DNA of 64,000 nucleotides from Candidatus Aminicenantales bacterium (GTDB lineage Bacteria; Acidobacteriota; Aminicenantia; Aminicenantales; Saccharicenantaceae), in NCBI GenBank assembly GCA_049512315.1, contig JBEKXF010000002.1:62001-126000 (forward strand), written 5' to 3'. The position numbers and the translations under genes are program-made. The notes under the pieces were generated by a model. The model searched no databases, was not told the origin of the DNA, and worked only from the letters and a program-made list of their open reading frames with translations. Shown one piece after another: positions 37,909-47,669 of this stretch (positions are counted from its first letter, which is position 1; each line of letters opens with the position of its first letter).

Positions 37909-39285
37909 TTATTTAAGGAAGATCTCGATCACGGGCACCTCGACGTCGGGCTTTTGGACAGGAAGCCTCAGCGTCACCGTATTCTTTTGCTCCTCTCCCC
38001 CCTTGCCGGGCAGGAAGCCGACCTCCACCGCCTTTTCACTGAAAGCGACCTCGGAGGCGTCGTGGAGGAGTTGGGCGTAGGCGACCCGCCCGGCGAACCC
38101 GTCCAGATGCAGGATTCCCATGGGCCATTCGAGGACGTGGACATAAAGGCGTTTGGTGGCGGGGTTCCAGGTCAGAAGGCAATTCGGAGGCACCGGGAAT
38201 TCCCCGGGCGCCTGGGTGCAGCCGTAGACCGATCGCCCGTTCGATTTCATCCATTGGCCGATGCCCTGAAGGCGGTCAAGAGCCCTCTGATCGAGAGTCC
38301 CGCGGCCCGTCGGCCCGACATTGAGAATGAGGTTGCCTCCCTTGCTGACCGTTTCGACGAGCATGACGATGAGCTGCCGGACGGATTTCCAGGTCGACTC
38401 GTCCCGATAGTATCCCCAGGAGCCGGAAAACGTCTGGCAGGTCTCCCACGGGACCTGCCGGCCCTCGGCCTGGACCCATTCCCTGGGCATGAACTGCTCG
38501 GGCGTCCGGTAGTCCCAGCCGCCCGGGACGTCGAGGAGGTCCAGCCGGTCGTTGACGATGATCCCCGGCTGAAGCTCGCGGATCATCTTGATCAGCTTCT
38601 CCGACCGCCACTCGTTCCGGCCTTTCCCGTCCGGCTCGGGGAACGAATAATCCAGAAACAGGACGTCGATCTTCCCGAAGTCCGTCAGGAGCTCCCTGAC
38701 CTGGCCGAACAGGTAGTCCACATACTTGCCGAAATCACGGCCCTTGGCTCCGGCCGTGAATTCCTTGTCGTCGCGCATGGGATGATAGAGGTCGACGGTG
38801 TACTCCGGGTGGTGCCAATCTAGGAGCGAGTAGTAGAACCCGACCCGGAGGCCTTCGGCCCGCATGGCCTCGACGAGCGGCCTGAGGAGGTCTTTCCCGG
38901 CGGGCGTCTTCGGGGCCTTGTAATCCGTCAGCTTGGAGTCCCAGAGGCAGAACCCTTCGTGATGCTTGGCGGTCACGACGAAGTACTTCATGCCCGCGTT
39001 CTTGGCCGCCCGGGCCCATTCGGCCGGGTTGTAGAGGTCGGGATCGAAATGGTCGAAGTATTTCCGGTAGGCCTCGTCCGTGATCCTCTCCCGGTTCTTG
39101 ACCCATTCGTGGCGGGCCGGGAGGGCGTAGAGCCCCCAGTGGATGAACATGCCGAACCGGGCCTCCGTCCACCACTTCATCCGGGCTTCCTTCTGGGCCG
39201 CCGTCTCCACGCTTGCCGGCACGACGGCGGCCGACACCGTGACTCCCAAGACCAGGACAGCCATCCAGATGAGGAATCGGGACAT
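37909..39285 (-). CDS. Alpha-L-fucosidase, GH29 (exported)
   Basis: WW.EARFGMFIHWG, AKHHEGF.LW, YYSLLDW, IIVNDR, WETC, GGNL.LNVGP. Confidence 0.95.
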   Translation of the reverse strand: MSRFLIWMAVLVLGVTVSAAVVPASVETAAQKEARMKWWTEARFGMFIHWGLYALPARHEWVKNRERITDEAYRKYFDHFDPDLYNPAEWARAAKNAGMKYFVVTAKHHEGFCLWDSKLTDYKAPKTPAGKDLLRPLVEAMRAEGLRVGFYYSLLDWHHPEYTVDLYHPMRDDKEFTAGAKGRDFGKYVDYLFGQVRELLTDFGKIDVLFLDYSFPEPDGKGRNEWRSEKLIKMIRELQPGIIVNDRLDLLDVPGGWDYRTPEQFMPREWVQAEGRQVPWETCQTFSGSWGYYRDESTWKSVRQLIVMLVETVSKGGNLILNVGPTGRGTLDQRALDRLQGIGQWMKSNGRSVYGCTQAPGEFPVPPNCLLTWNPATKRLYVHVLEWPMGILHLDGFAGRVAYAQLLHDASEVAFSEKAVEVGFLPGKGGEEQKNTVTLRLPVQKPDVEVPVIEIFLK

Positions 39286-39358
39286 GGGTGCTCCTTTGGC
39301 GGATTCAAGATGAGTTCTTTTTAGCTCAGGCGGGCGGGAAAAGCAAGCCCAGCCAGCC

Positions 39359-39721
39359 TCAGGTCTTGGGGGGGCTTTTTCCGTAGACGTGGTCGATCAG
39401 GACCAGTTCGGTCTCGGAGTCGATCCCGACGAATTCGAGCCCCATGTCATAGACCTCTTCCCCGATGAGCGCGTTGACCCACCGGACCTCCGCGAGGGCT
39501 TGGATGCTTTTACGCGATTTCGTCAGGCTGATCTCCACCTTGACCCGGGACCCGACCGCGAGCGGAGCGTTCGTCATGATCCTGATCCCGCCGATGGAAA
39601 GGTCCTTGGTCAGGCAATAATAGACTTCTTTCTTGTCCGCCTGAGGGCCGCCGCCGGGGACCGGGCTGAGGATGACCTTGTTCTCTTCCTTGGTCCTCGG
39701 GTCCCGTCGCCGTTCCTTCAT
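39359..39721 (-). CDS. Stand-alone PilZ domain protein
   Basis: Intact c-di-GMP motifs RRDPR (RxxxR) and DLSIGG (DxSxxG); GAGGAG RBS. Confidence 0.85.
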   Translation of the reverse strand: MKERRRDPRTKEENKVILSPVPGGGPQADKKEVYYCLTKDLSIGGIRIMTNAPLAVGSRVKVEISLTKSRKSIQALAEVRWVNALIGEEVYDMGLEFVGIDSETELVLIDHVYGKSPPKT

Positions 39722-39795
39722 GCTCCTCGTGTCCTTATGATCATGAAACGACTTTATCTCCGCCCCGTCCGGCGGGGCCTCGATCGGTCGATGCG

Positions 39796-39839
39796 TCCTT
39801 GATAAAATCAAGGATAAAAGAGACACGGAAACCGGTCAA
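39796..39839 (-). promoter_or_regulatory. Putative sigma70 promoter with overlapping 8-3-8 palindrome (candidate operator)
   Basis: TTGACC-N17-TATCCT on minus strand; perfect inverted repeat TCCTTGAT-AAA-ATCAAGGA at 39796-39814. Confidence 0.55.
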
Positions 39840-39867
39840 ACGCCTCCACACCTTCATGTCCAACCGC

Positions 39868-41385
39868 TCATCTCCCCGGCCTGTCGGCTCCGTAGATGAC
39901 CACGGACCGGAGGATGAGCTCCGCGCCGTCCGTAGGATTCAGGACCCTGACGGACATCCTGTGCTTCCTGGGCGCCAGGCCGTAGGCCCAGAAAAGCGGG
40001 TCCCGCCGCCAGTGCTCGTCGGTCGGGAGGTCGTAGGTCTCAACAGGCTTACCATCCATTTGGATCTCCGCCTGGAATACATGCTCGTCCTGGCCTATCC
40101 GTCTCGCTTCCCCGCCGACCACGATCCCTGTCCCTTCGAACTCAAGCTCGTATTCCTTCTTCAAGCCCACGGCAAGCTCCATCTTTTCGGTCGGGCGAAG
40201 CCCGGGAAAATTGACTTCGAGCCGGACCGGGCGGATGTCTCCGGCGCTGATGATCACTTCCCCGCCCTGGACCCTTCCCCCGTTCTTCTTGACCATACCC
40301 AGGGCCTGCTCGAAGGAAAAGCCGCAAGCGTCCGTCAGGCTGAAATCCATGTACGGGAATCTGGCTCCCTCGACGGCTTCGAGCCCGGATCTCCAGATCC
40401 CCGGGATTTTCTTGAACCCCAGGACCGTCCCCAGGATGCCGCCGGCGGTGGCCGGGTTGCAGTCGGAATCGTCCCCGCACCTGGCGCTGATCTCCAGGGT
40501 CCGTCCGAAATCGCCGTCCCCATAAAGGAGGCCGATGAGGACCCAGGCCGCATTGATCTTGGCATCGATGTCGAAAGGCGAGAAAACCCCCTCCGGACAG
40601 CCGATGTCCTCGGACCACTTCCTCTGGACTCTGAACCAGGTCTCTTTCCAGTCCCCCGGGCTCTCCCGGTGCCAGCGGAGGACATCGCTCATGACGGCAT
40701 GGAAGCGGCTGGCCTCAGGAATGACCTTGAGGGCCTCGCTCGCGATGTGTTCAATATTGTCGGAAACGAACGCCAGGGCGTGCATCGCCGCGACGTAGAC
40801 GCCGCCGTACCAGCCGTCTCCGGAGTTCATGATATGGCCGGCCCGGTCGCAGATCTCGGCCGCTACGGACACCATGCCCGGCGACATGAGCCCCGCGAAG
40901 TCGGCTTCGATCTGGAAGTCGATGTCGTCAGCATGCGGGTTATTCCGCCAATCGCCTGAGACGGGCGGCGCGAGCCCGCGCTCGATGTTGGCCCGGGCCA
41001 TCTGGTTGGCGTGCCAGAGGGGATACGGGGCGTTGGCGAAGGCCCTGGCCAGCGACCGGGCCGGGGCATCGAGGCCTTCCTGCCTGAAAACTTCGACGAA
41101 CGTCAGGTTCATATAGACATCATCGTAGAGCCCCGGCGAGTTCTTGAAAGACGATGGGATGGCCTGGCCGCTCCAGGCGAGCGGCTGGTAGTCCTGGATG
41201 ATCGTTCCCTGGAAGCGGAATTCCGTGGGACCCCCGTACGTGCAGCCGATGACCTTGCCGGCCCAGCCCCCCCGGATCTTGTCCCTGAGGACATCCTGGG
41301 GGAGCCTGTAGGTTTCGGCGGCCGCCGTGGACACGACCAGGCCCGCGAGGCAGATTCCGGTCCACCATCCTCTCCGTCCGGCCAT
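39868..41385 (-). CDS. Exported ADP-ribosylglycohydrolase family protein
   Basis: DKIRGGWAG...G, DD.Y, CGDDSDCN..TAGG..G metal motif; signal peptide; AGGAGG RBS. Confidence 0.85.
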   Translation of the reverse strand: MAGRRGWWTGICLAGLVVSTAAAETYRLPQDVLRDKIRGGWAGKVIGCTYGGPTEFRFQGTIIQDYQPLAWSGQAIPSSFKNSPGLYDDVYMNLTFVEVFRQEGLDAPARSLARAFANAPYPLWHANQMARANIERGLAPPVSGDWRNNPHADDIDFQIEADFAGLMSPGMVSVAAEICDRAGHIMNSGDGWYGGVYVAAMHALAFVSDNIEHIASEALKVIPEASRFHAVMSDVLRWHRESPGDWKETWFRVQRKWSEDIGCPEGVFSPFDIDAKINAAWVLIGLLYGDGDFGRTLEISARCGDDSDCNPATAGGILGTVLGFKKIPGIWRSGLEAVEGARFPYMDFSLTDACGFSFEQALGMVKKNGGRVQGGEVIISAGDIRPVRLEVNFPGLRPTEKMELAVGLKKEYELEFEGTGIVVGGEARRIGQDEHVFQAEIQMDGKPVETYDLPTDEHWRRDPLFWAYGLAPRKHRMSVRVLNPTDGAELILRSVVIYGADRPGR

Positions 41386-41501
41386 GCTCACCTCCTGTCC
41401 TGAACGATCGCCGCCGCGGGCCCCGCCCGGGCGTCCCCTTCGGGATTATCGTTCATGCGGCAAGAAATGGAAAGCCCTCTCTTTCCCAGGGGCCCGCGGC
41501 T

Positions 41502-41530
41502 TTGACTTTTTCTATGGCCGGAAGTAGCAT
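41502..41530 (+). promoter_or_regulatory. Putative sigma70 promoter for the acyl-CoA ligase
   Basis: TTGACT-N17-TAGCAT. Confidence 0.45.
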
Positions 41531-41561
41531 GAGAGCACTCTATCCGGCGAGGAAGGCGGAC

Positions 41562-43472
41562 ATGGCGGAACGGACTCTCCCTCAGCTCTTCGAGGACAGC
41601 GTCCGGGCCTATCCGTCGAACGTCCTGATGTGGGAAAAAAGGGACGGTCGCTATCAGGGGACGACTTACGCAGAAATGCACCGGCTCGTTCATGCCTTCG
41701 CCGTCGGGCTCAGGAGCCTGGGCCTCGCCAAGGGGGACCGGGCCGCGCTCATCTCCGAAGGACGGAAGGGCTGGATCATGAGCGAGCTCGGAATTCTCTA
41801 CAACGGGGCCGCGAACGTGCCCATCTCCGTCAAGGTCGACGAGCTCTCGGACCTCAAGTTCCGGCTGGCCCATTCGGGCAGCAAGATCGTCATCGTCTCC
41901 GGGTCCCAGGTTGGCAAGATCCGGCGGGTCAAGAAAGATCTTCCCGATCTCGAGCGAACGATCATCCTGGACGAAATGCCGGCCCTGGAGCCCGGCGAGG
42001 TCCTCGGGGGAGACGTCCTCAGGAGAGGCGAGGAATATCTCAGGGACGAACCGCAGGGAATCGACGGGACATGGCGCTCCATCAAGGAAAGCGATATCGC
42101 GAATATCTGCTACACGTCGGGGACCACGGCTGACCCCAAGGGCATCATCCTGACGCACCTCAACTACACGGCCAATATCGACCAATCCCGGGGGCTGGTG
42201 GAGTGTCCCGAACATTATGTCTCCCTCCTGTACCTCCCATGGGACCACGCGTTCGCCCATACCGCCGGGATCTACACCCTGATGAAAAGCGGGGCTTCCA
42301 TGGCCTCGGTCGAGATCGGCCGGACCTTCCTGGAAACCCTGAAGAACGTGCCCGTCAACATCAAGGAGATCCGGCCCCACTTTCTGTTCAGCGTCCCCGC
42401 CTTCGCCAAGACGTTCCGTAAGGGGATCGAACGGGGCGTCCGGGATAAGGGGCCAGCGGTCGAGGCCCTGTTCAAGAGAGGCCTGAAGCTGGCTTACGGC
42501 TACAACGCCGAGGGCTGGAACAGGGGCCGGGGGCTCCGGAAGCTCGGAAAGCCGCTCTATTTCCTTTTTGACAGGATCGTCTTCAAGAAGATCAGGGACA
42601 ATTTCGGCGGCCGGCTCGAATTCTTCATCGGCGGCGGCGCCCTCCTGGATATCGAGCTCCAACGTTTTTTTTATGCCCTCGGGATCCCCATGTTCCAGGG
42701 CTACGGGTTGACGGAAGCGGCCCCCGTAATCTCCTCGAACAGCAAGAAGGCCCACAAGCTGGGCTCGTCAGGCAAGATCGCCCCGGGCCTGGAGCTGAAG
42801 GTCTGCGACGAATCCGGCGCCCCTCTCCCGGCCGGCGAGAGGGGGGAGATCGTCGTCCGGGGCGAGAACGTCATGGCCGGCTACTGGAAGAACGAGAAGG
42901 CGACCAGAGAAACCCTTCGCGGCGGCTGGCTCTATACGGGCGACATCGGCCATGTCGACGAGGACGGCTTTCTTTATGTCCTGGGCCGCGTGAAGAGCCT
43001 TCTCATCGGGAACGACGGCGAAAAATACAGCCCGGAGGTCATCGAAGAGGAGATCTGCGACCATTCTGCCTATATCGAGCAGCTCATGCTGTACAACAAC
43101 CAGTCCCCCTACACCGTCGCCCTCCTCGTGCCCAACAAGGAGGCGATCGGCCGCTGGCTTAGGGAGAAAGGTCTGGCCGTCCGGACGCCGCAAGGCCAGG
43201 AGGCCGTCCTGAGGCTGCTCGAGGCCGAGATCAGCGCATTCCGGGAAGGAGGGCCTCGCGGCGGGACATTCCCGGGCCGATGGCTTCCGGCCGCCGTGGC
43301 CGTCGTCGGGGAGCCTTTCAGCGACAAGAACCAGCTCCTGAACTCCATGCTGAAAATGGTCCGGGGCAGGATCGCCGATTTTTACAGGAGCCGGATCGAT
43401 TTTCTCTTCACGCCCGAAGGCAAGGACATCTGCAACGCCCAGAATAAAACCATCATCGGCCGCTTCGAATAG
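41562..43472 (+). CDS. Long-chain fatty acid--CoA ligase (AMP-binding)
   Basis: YTSGTT.DPKG, GYGLTE, VM.GYW, GWLYTGD.G. Confidence 0.92.
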   Translation: MAERTLPQLFEDSVRAYPSNVLMWEKRDGRYQGTTYAEMHRLVHAFAVGLRSLGLAKGDRAALISEGRKGWIMSELGILYNGAANVPISVKVDELSDLKFRLAHSGSKIVIVSGSQVGKIRRVKKDLPDLERTIILDEMPALEPGEVLGGDVLRRGEEYLRDEPQGIDGTWRSIKESDIANICYTSGTTADPKGIILTHLNYTANIDQSRGLVECPEHYVSLLYLPWDHAFAHTAGIYTLMKSGASMASVEIGRTFLETLKNVPVNIKEIRPHFLFSVPAFAKTFRKGIERGVRDKGPAVEALFKRGLKLAYGYNAEGWNRGRGLRKLGKPLYFLFDRIVFKKIRDNFGGRLEFFIGGGALLDIELQRFFYALGIPMFQGYGLTEAAPVISSNSKKAHKLGSSGKIAPGLELKVCDESGAPLPAGERGEIVVRGENVMAGYWKNEKATRETLRGGWLYTGDIGHVDEDGFLYVLGRVKSLLIGNDGEKYSPEVIEEEICDHSAYIEQLMLYNNQSPYTVALLVPNKEAIGRWLREKGLAVRTPQGQEAVLRLLEAEISAFREGGPRGGTFPGRWLPAAVAVVGEPFSDKNQLLNSMLKMVRGRIADFYRSRIDFLFTPEGKDICNAQNKTIIGRFE

Positions 43473-43535
43473 CTTTTCCCGTCTGTTGACAGGGCCGCTC
43501 CAATTAAGGTATGTAGAGGCAAAAAAGGAGGTTTC

Positions 43536-44783
43536 ATGAGCGTCAAATTCCGGCTCGGGGCCATGATGTTTCTCCAGTACGCCATCTGGGGCTCCTGGGC
43601 GCCCGTGCTCTCCGCTTATCTCCAGAACAACCTGGGCTTCAGCGGGGTCCAGCTGGGTCTCATCTTCAGCCTGCTCCCCCTCGCGACCATCATCTCGCCC
43701 TTCGTCGGCGGGCAGTTCGCCGACCGCTATTTCCCGACCCAGAAGGTTATCGCCGTCCTCCAACTCGCCGGCGGGGTCGTCCTCATCCTCATCGCCAACA
43801 TCACGGCCTTCACCCCCATGATGTGGCTCATGCTCCTCTACTGCCTCGTCTACGCCCCGACGCTGGCCCTGACCAACTCCATCGCCTTCGTCAACCTTAA
43901 GAGCTCCGAGAAGGAATTCGGCGCCATCCGCGTTTGGGGGTCCATCGGCTGGATCGCCGCGGGCTGGGCCCTGGCCGGCTGGCGGGCCCTGGCCAAATCG
44001 CCCGAGGGCATCGCCATGAAGGGAGACACGCTCCTCCTGGCCGGGATCTTTTCCCTGCTCATGGGCGTCGTTTCCTTCGGCCTGCCCCATACGCCTCCCC
44101 AGAAGGAGGGAGCCAAGCCGTGGGCTTTCCTCGAAGCTCTCAAGATGTTCAAGGACCGGAACTTCGCCATTTTCTCGGTCATCTCCTTCGTCGTGGCCAC
44201 GGAGCTCCAGTTCTACTATGTCCTGACGTCCCCCTTCCTCACTTCGGCTGGGATCGGAGTCAGCCAGAAATACGTCTCCGCGGTCATGACCGTCGCCCAG
44301 ATCGCCGAGATCTTCGTCATGGCCTTCCTGTTGTCCTGGGCCCTCCAAAAATACGGCATGCGGAGGACCCTGATCCTCGGGATCCTGGCCTGGCCGATCC
44401 GCTACATCATCTTCGTCATCGGCACGCCGTCGTGGCTCGTCATCGCCTCGCTCGCCCTCCACGGCTTCTGCTACGTCTTCTTCTTCACCGCCGCCTACAT
44501 CTACGTCGACAGCATCGCCCCCAAGGACATCCGTCACTCTGCCCAGGGGCTGATCGCGATCATCATCCTCGGCTTCGGCAACTTCGTAGGGAGCCTGTTC
44601 TGCGGCTGGATCCAGAACCTGTTCACGTCGACGACCGTCAACGCGGCCGGCGAGGCCGTCAAAGCCATCAACTGGAGGGGGACATTCCTCGTCCCGACGG
44701 CCCTGACGCTTTTCTGCCTCGTCGTCTTCCTGGTCTTCTTCCGCGAAAAAAAGCAGGCCCCGGCGGCTGAGACGTCGGCCTGA
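43536..44783 (+). CDS. MFS transporter, nucleoside:H+ symporter (NupG/XapB-like) family
   Basis: MMFLQY.IWGSW, ADRYF, F..IRVWG.IGW, LPHTPP, Q.AEI, LHGFCY.FFF. Confidence 0.88.
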   Translation: MSVKFRLGAMMFLQYAIWGSWAPVLSAYLQNNLGFSGVQLGLIFSLLPLATIISPFVGGQFADRYFPTQKVIAVLQLAGGVVLILIANITAFTPMMWLMLLYCLVYAPTLALTNSIAFVNLKSSEKEFGAIRVWGSIGWIAAGWALAGWRALAKSPEGIAMKGDTLLLAGIFSLLMGVVSFGLPHTPPQKEGAKPWAFLEALKMFKDRNFAIFSVISFVVATELQFYYVLTSPFLTSAGIGVSQKYVSAVMTVAQIAEIFVMAFLLSWALQKYGMRRTLILGILAWPIRYIIFVIGTPSWLVIASLALHGFCYVFFFTAAYIYVDSIAPKDIRHSAQGLIAIIILGFGNFVGSLFCGWIQNLFTSTTVNAAGEAVKAINWRGTFLVPTALTLFCLVVFLVFFREKKQAPAAETSA

Positions 44784-44846
44784 TGAGATCGGGAGTCCGG
44801 CAGGGTTCTGAAACTCGGCGCGTGTCCGCCTGAACGAAAGGAAACC

Positions 44847-46103
44847 ATGAAAAAGAAAGACAAACTCGGCATCGGTTTCGTCGGCGGGGGCTTCATCTCC
44901 CGCTTTCACATCCGCTCCTGGGTCGGCGTCCGGGACGCCGACATCCTGGGGATCGTCGACCCCGACGACAAGAGGGCCCGCGAGGCGGCCGGCCTGGCGA
45001 AGAGCCTCGGTGTCGGCGAGGCCCGTGTCCACAAGTCGCTGACGGCCATGGTGGCCGACCCCAGGATCGACGCGGTCTGGATCTGCTCGCCGAACTACAC
45101 CCGCCTCGAGGTCATGGATGAGATCGCCCAGGCCGTCCTCAAGGGCAAGGGCGAGCTTATCGGTGTCGCCTGCGAGAAGCCCCTGGGCCGGAACGTCGGC
45201 GAGGCCAAGGCCATGCTGACCCTGGCCCGGAAGGCCGGGCTCCTCGACGGCTATCTCGAGAACCAGGTCTTTTCTCCGGCCGTGACCAGGGGCCGGGAAA
45301 TCGTCTGGGCCCGCGGGGCCAGTCTCTGCGGACCGCCCTACCTGGCCCGGGCCGCCGAGGAGCACAGCGGACCGCACATGCCTTGGTTCTGGGAGGGAAC
45401 CCTCCAGGGCGGAGGCGTCCTCAATGACATGATGTGCCACTCCGTCGAAGAGGCGCGCTTCATGCTCACCCCCCCGGGGGCACCCCGGGATGCTCTCAAG
45501 CCCGTCAAGGTCACGGCCTATGCCTCCTGCCTCAAGTGGCAGGACCCCAAATACGCCAAGATCCTGGCGGATCAATCCGGCGGGAAAACCGATTATCTCA
45601 AGAGGCCCGCCGAGGACTTCGCCCGCTCCCTCATCGAGTATCGGGACAAGTCCGGTCGGCCCCTGGTCGTCGAAACGACGACCTCCTGGTGCTATGTCGG
45701 CGCCGGGCTGCGGCTTTCCCTGGAGCTCCTCGGACCCGAGTATTCCCTGGCCATCAACACCCTGGACGCGGGCCTCAAAATCTTTTTCAGCCGGAACGTC
45801 CGGGGCGAAGCGGGAGAGGACCTCGTCGAGAAGCAAAACGCCGAGGTCGGGCTGATGCCCGTCGTCAGCTCCGAGGAGACCGAATACGGCTACACCGCCG
45901 AGAACCGCCACATGGTCCGGGCGTTCCTGGCCGGGAAGAGACCGGAGGAGAACTTCAGCGACGGCCTTAACGTCACCGAGCTCCTGATGGCCGCTTACAT
46001 GAGCGCCGAGCAGGACCGGACCGTCCCCTTCCCTCCTCCGGACCTTGAGACTTTCATCCCGGCGGTCGCCCAAGGCCGGTGGAACCCGAGAAAAAGGAAA
46101 TAA
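44847..46103 (+). CDS. Gfo/Idh/MocA family oxidoreductase (no signal peptide)
   Basis: GFVGGGFI, CEKPL, GGG.L.DM.CH. Confidence 0.9.
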   Translation: MKKKDKLGIGFVGGGFISRFHIRSWVGVRDADILGIVDPDDKRAREAAGLAKSLGVGEARVHKSLTAMVADPRIDAVWICSPNYTRLEVMDEIAQAVLKGKGELIGVACEKPLGRNVGEAKAMLTLARKAGLLDGYLENQVFSPAVTRGREIVWARGASLCGPPYLARAAEEHSGPHMPWFWEGTLQGGGVLNDMMCHSVEEARFMLTPPGAPRDALKPVKVTAYASCLKWQDPKYAKILADQSGGKTDYLKRPAEDFARSLIEYRDKSGRPLVVETTTSWCYVGAGLRLSLELLGPEYSLAINTLDAGLKIFFSRNVRGEAGEDLVEKQNAEVGLMPVVSSEETEYGYTAENRHMVRAFLAGKRPEENFSDGLNVTELLMAAYMSAEQDRTVPFPPPDLETFIPAVAQGRWNPRKRK

Positions 46104-46112
46104 GGAGAAGCC

Positions 46113-47591
46113 ATGAAGAGTATCACCGCACTCTGTCTCGTGATCCTAGCCGTCGCCGTTTCATCGCCCGGCCAGTCGGCCCAAAAAAGAACGGCCCGGG
46201 CGGAGATCATCCCCCAGGACATCGTCACCCAGGTCAAGAACACGGATTACCTCGATGTCCGGATCAAGCCGTTCCCGATCGCGGTCCAGGGCTGGACCTT
46301 CCGGAAATACACCTTTTTCGAGACCGTCGACAAGGTCCAAGCCCTGGGCGTGAAATATCTGCAGGCCTTCCCCGGCCAGTTGCTCGGCAACGGCGACCCG
46401 GAAGCGATCTTCGGCGAAGGCATGTCCGAAGCCGCCATGAGGGCCGCCCAAGCCAAGCTCCGCGAGGCCGGCCTCTCTGTCGTCGCCTACGGCGTCGTCG
46501 ATATCGGGACGACCGAGGCCAGCATGAGGAAGGTCTTCGATTTCGCCAGGAAAATGGGCATCCGGACCGTCGTCTGCGAGCCGCAGGACGAAGCCTTCCC
46601 TCTGCTCGAGAAACTCTTACAGGAATACGATCTCCGGGCGGCTATCCACAACCATCCCCGGCCGGCCAAATACGCCTGGCCGACGACCACCCTCGACCAT
46701 CTCAAGGGTCGTGACGAGCGGATCGGGGTCTGCGCCGACACGGGGCACTGGATGCGGGAAGGCCTCAACCCGGTCGAGTGCCTGCGTCTTCTTCAGGGCA
46801 GGATCCTGGACCTCCATCTCAAGGACAGGAGCGATTTCGGCCAGGGACCGTCGGCGAAAGATGTGGCCTGGGGCTCCGGCAAGGCCAAAGTCAGGGACAT
46901 CTTGGCCGAGCTGACCCTCCAGGATTTTGACGGTTACCTGACCATGGAGTACGAGAACGAAGAGGAGGTCATGACCCCCGAACCGGCCATCCGCAAGAGT
47001 ATCGAGTTCGTGAAAAGCGTCACCTACTACCAGGGCTACGAGCAGCTCTTCAAGCGGTCCAGCGGCGCCTACGAGAAGCACGGCTGGAACCACTACGGCC
47101 CCGGCTATTTCGAGGTCGACCAGAAGACCGGCGTCCTGAAATCTCAGGGCGGCATGGGCCTCCTCTGGTACAGTGCAAAAAAATTCAGGGATTTCGTCCT
47201 CGAGCTGGACTTCAAGTGCTCCCGGAATGACACGAATTCCGGCGTCTTCGTCCGGGTCCCGGACGTTCCGACGAGCGACGATTACATCTATCATTCCTTC
47301 GAGATCCAGATCGAAGATACGGAGCAGGGCATCCACGCGACCGGGGCCGCCTACGACGCCGAGGCACCGAAACTCAGCGCCTCCAGGCCGACTGGAGAGT
47401 GGAACCATTTCAAGATCATCTTCAAGGGGAAGCGCCTGCAGGTCGAGCTCAACGGCAAGCCCGTCCTGGACTGGGAGGCGGCGCCTCGGGGAAAGGTCAA
47501 GGACTTCGCCTCCGAGGGTTATATCGGGCTCCAGAACCACGACAGCCTCTCGCCCGTCTATTTCAAGGATATCTTCATCAAGGAGCTGTGA
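46113..47591 (+). CDS. Exported fusion: xylose-isomerase-like TIM barrel plus DUF1080 (3-keto-disaccharide hydrolase-like) domain
   Basis: Signal peptide; AIHNH, DTGHW, HLKD, EYE metal motifs; then F.DF.LELDFK, NSGVF, EIQI, GEWN, GYIGLQNH...FKDI.IKEL. Confidence 0.88.
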   Translation: MKSITALCLVILAVAVSSPGQSAQKRTARAEIIPQDIVTQVKNTDYLDVRIKPFPIAVQGWTFRKYTFFETVDKVQALGVKYLQAFPGQLLGNGDPEAIFGEGMSEAAMRAAQAKLREAGLSVVAYGVVDIGTTEASMRKVFDFARKMGIRTVVCEPQDEAFPLLEKLLQEYDLRAAIHNHPRPAKYAWPTTTLDHLKGRDERIGVCADTGHWMREGLNPVECLRLLQGRILDLHLKDRSDFGQGPSAKDVAWGSGKAKVRDILAELTLQDFDGYLTMEYENEEEVMTPEPAIRKSIEFVKSVTYYQGYEQLFKRSSGAYEKHGWNHYGPGYFEVDQKTGVLKSQGGMGLLWYSAKKFRDFVLELDFKCSRNDTNSGVFVRVPDVPTSDDYIYHSFEIQIEDTEQGIHATGAAYDAEAPKLSASRPTGEWNHFKIIFKGKRLQVELNGKPVLDWEAAPRGKVKDFASEGYIGLQNHDSLSPVYFKDIFIKEL

Positions 47592-47669
47592 CGCGCGACC
47601 CGAGCCTACAGTCCCCTTTGATAAAATAATATGTTAATATGGGTGTCGTAGCGGAAAGCCTGGGGACCG

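Noticed and set aside
39799..39811. Canonical FNR site or c-di-GMP riboswitch before the PilZ gene
   Set aside because: The spacer is 3 nt rather than 4, and the leader lacks the conserved c-di-GMP riboswitch features
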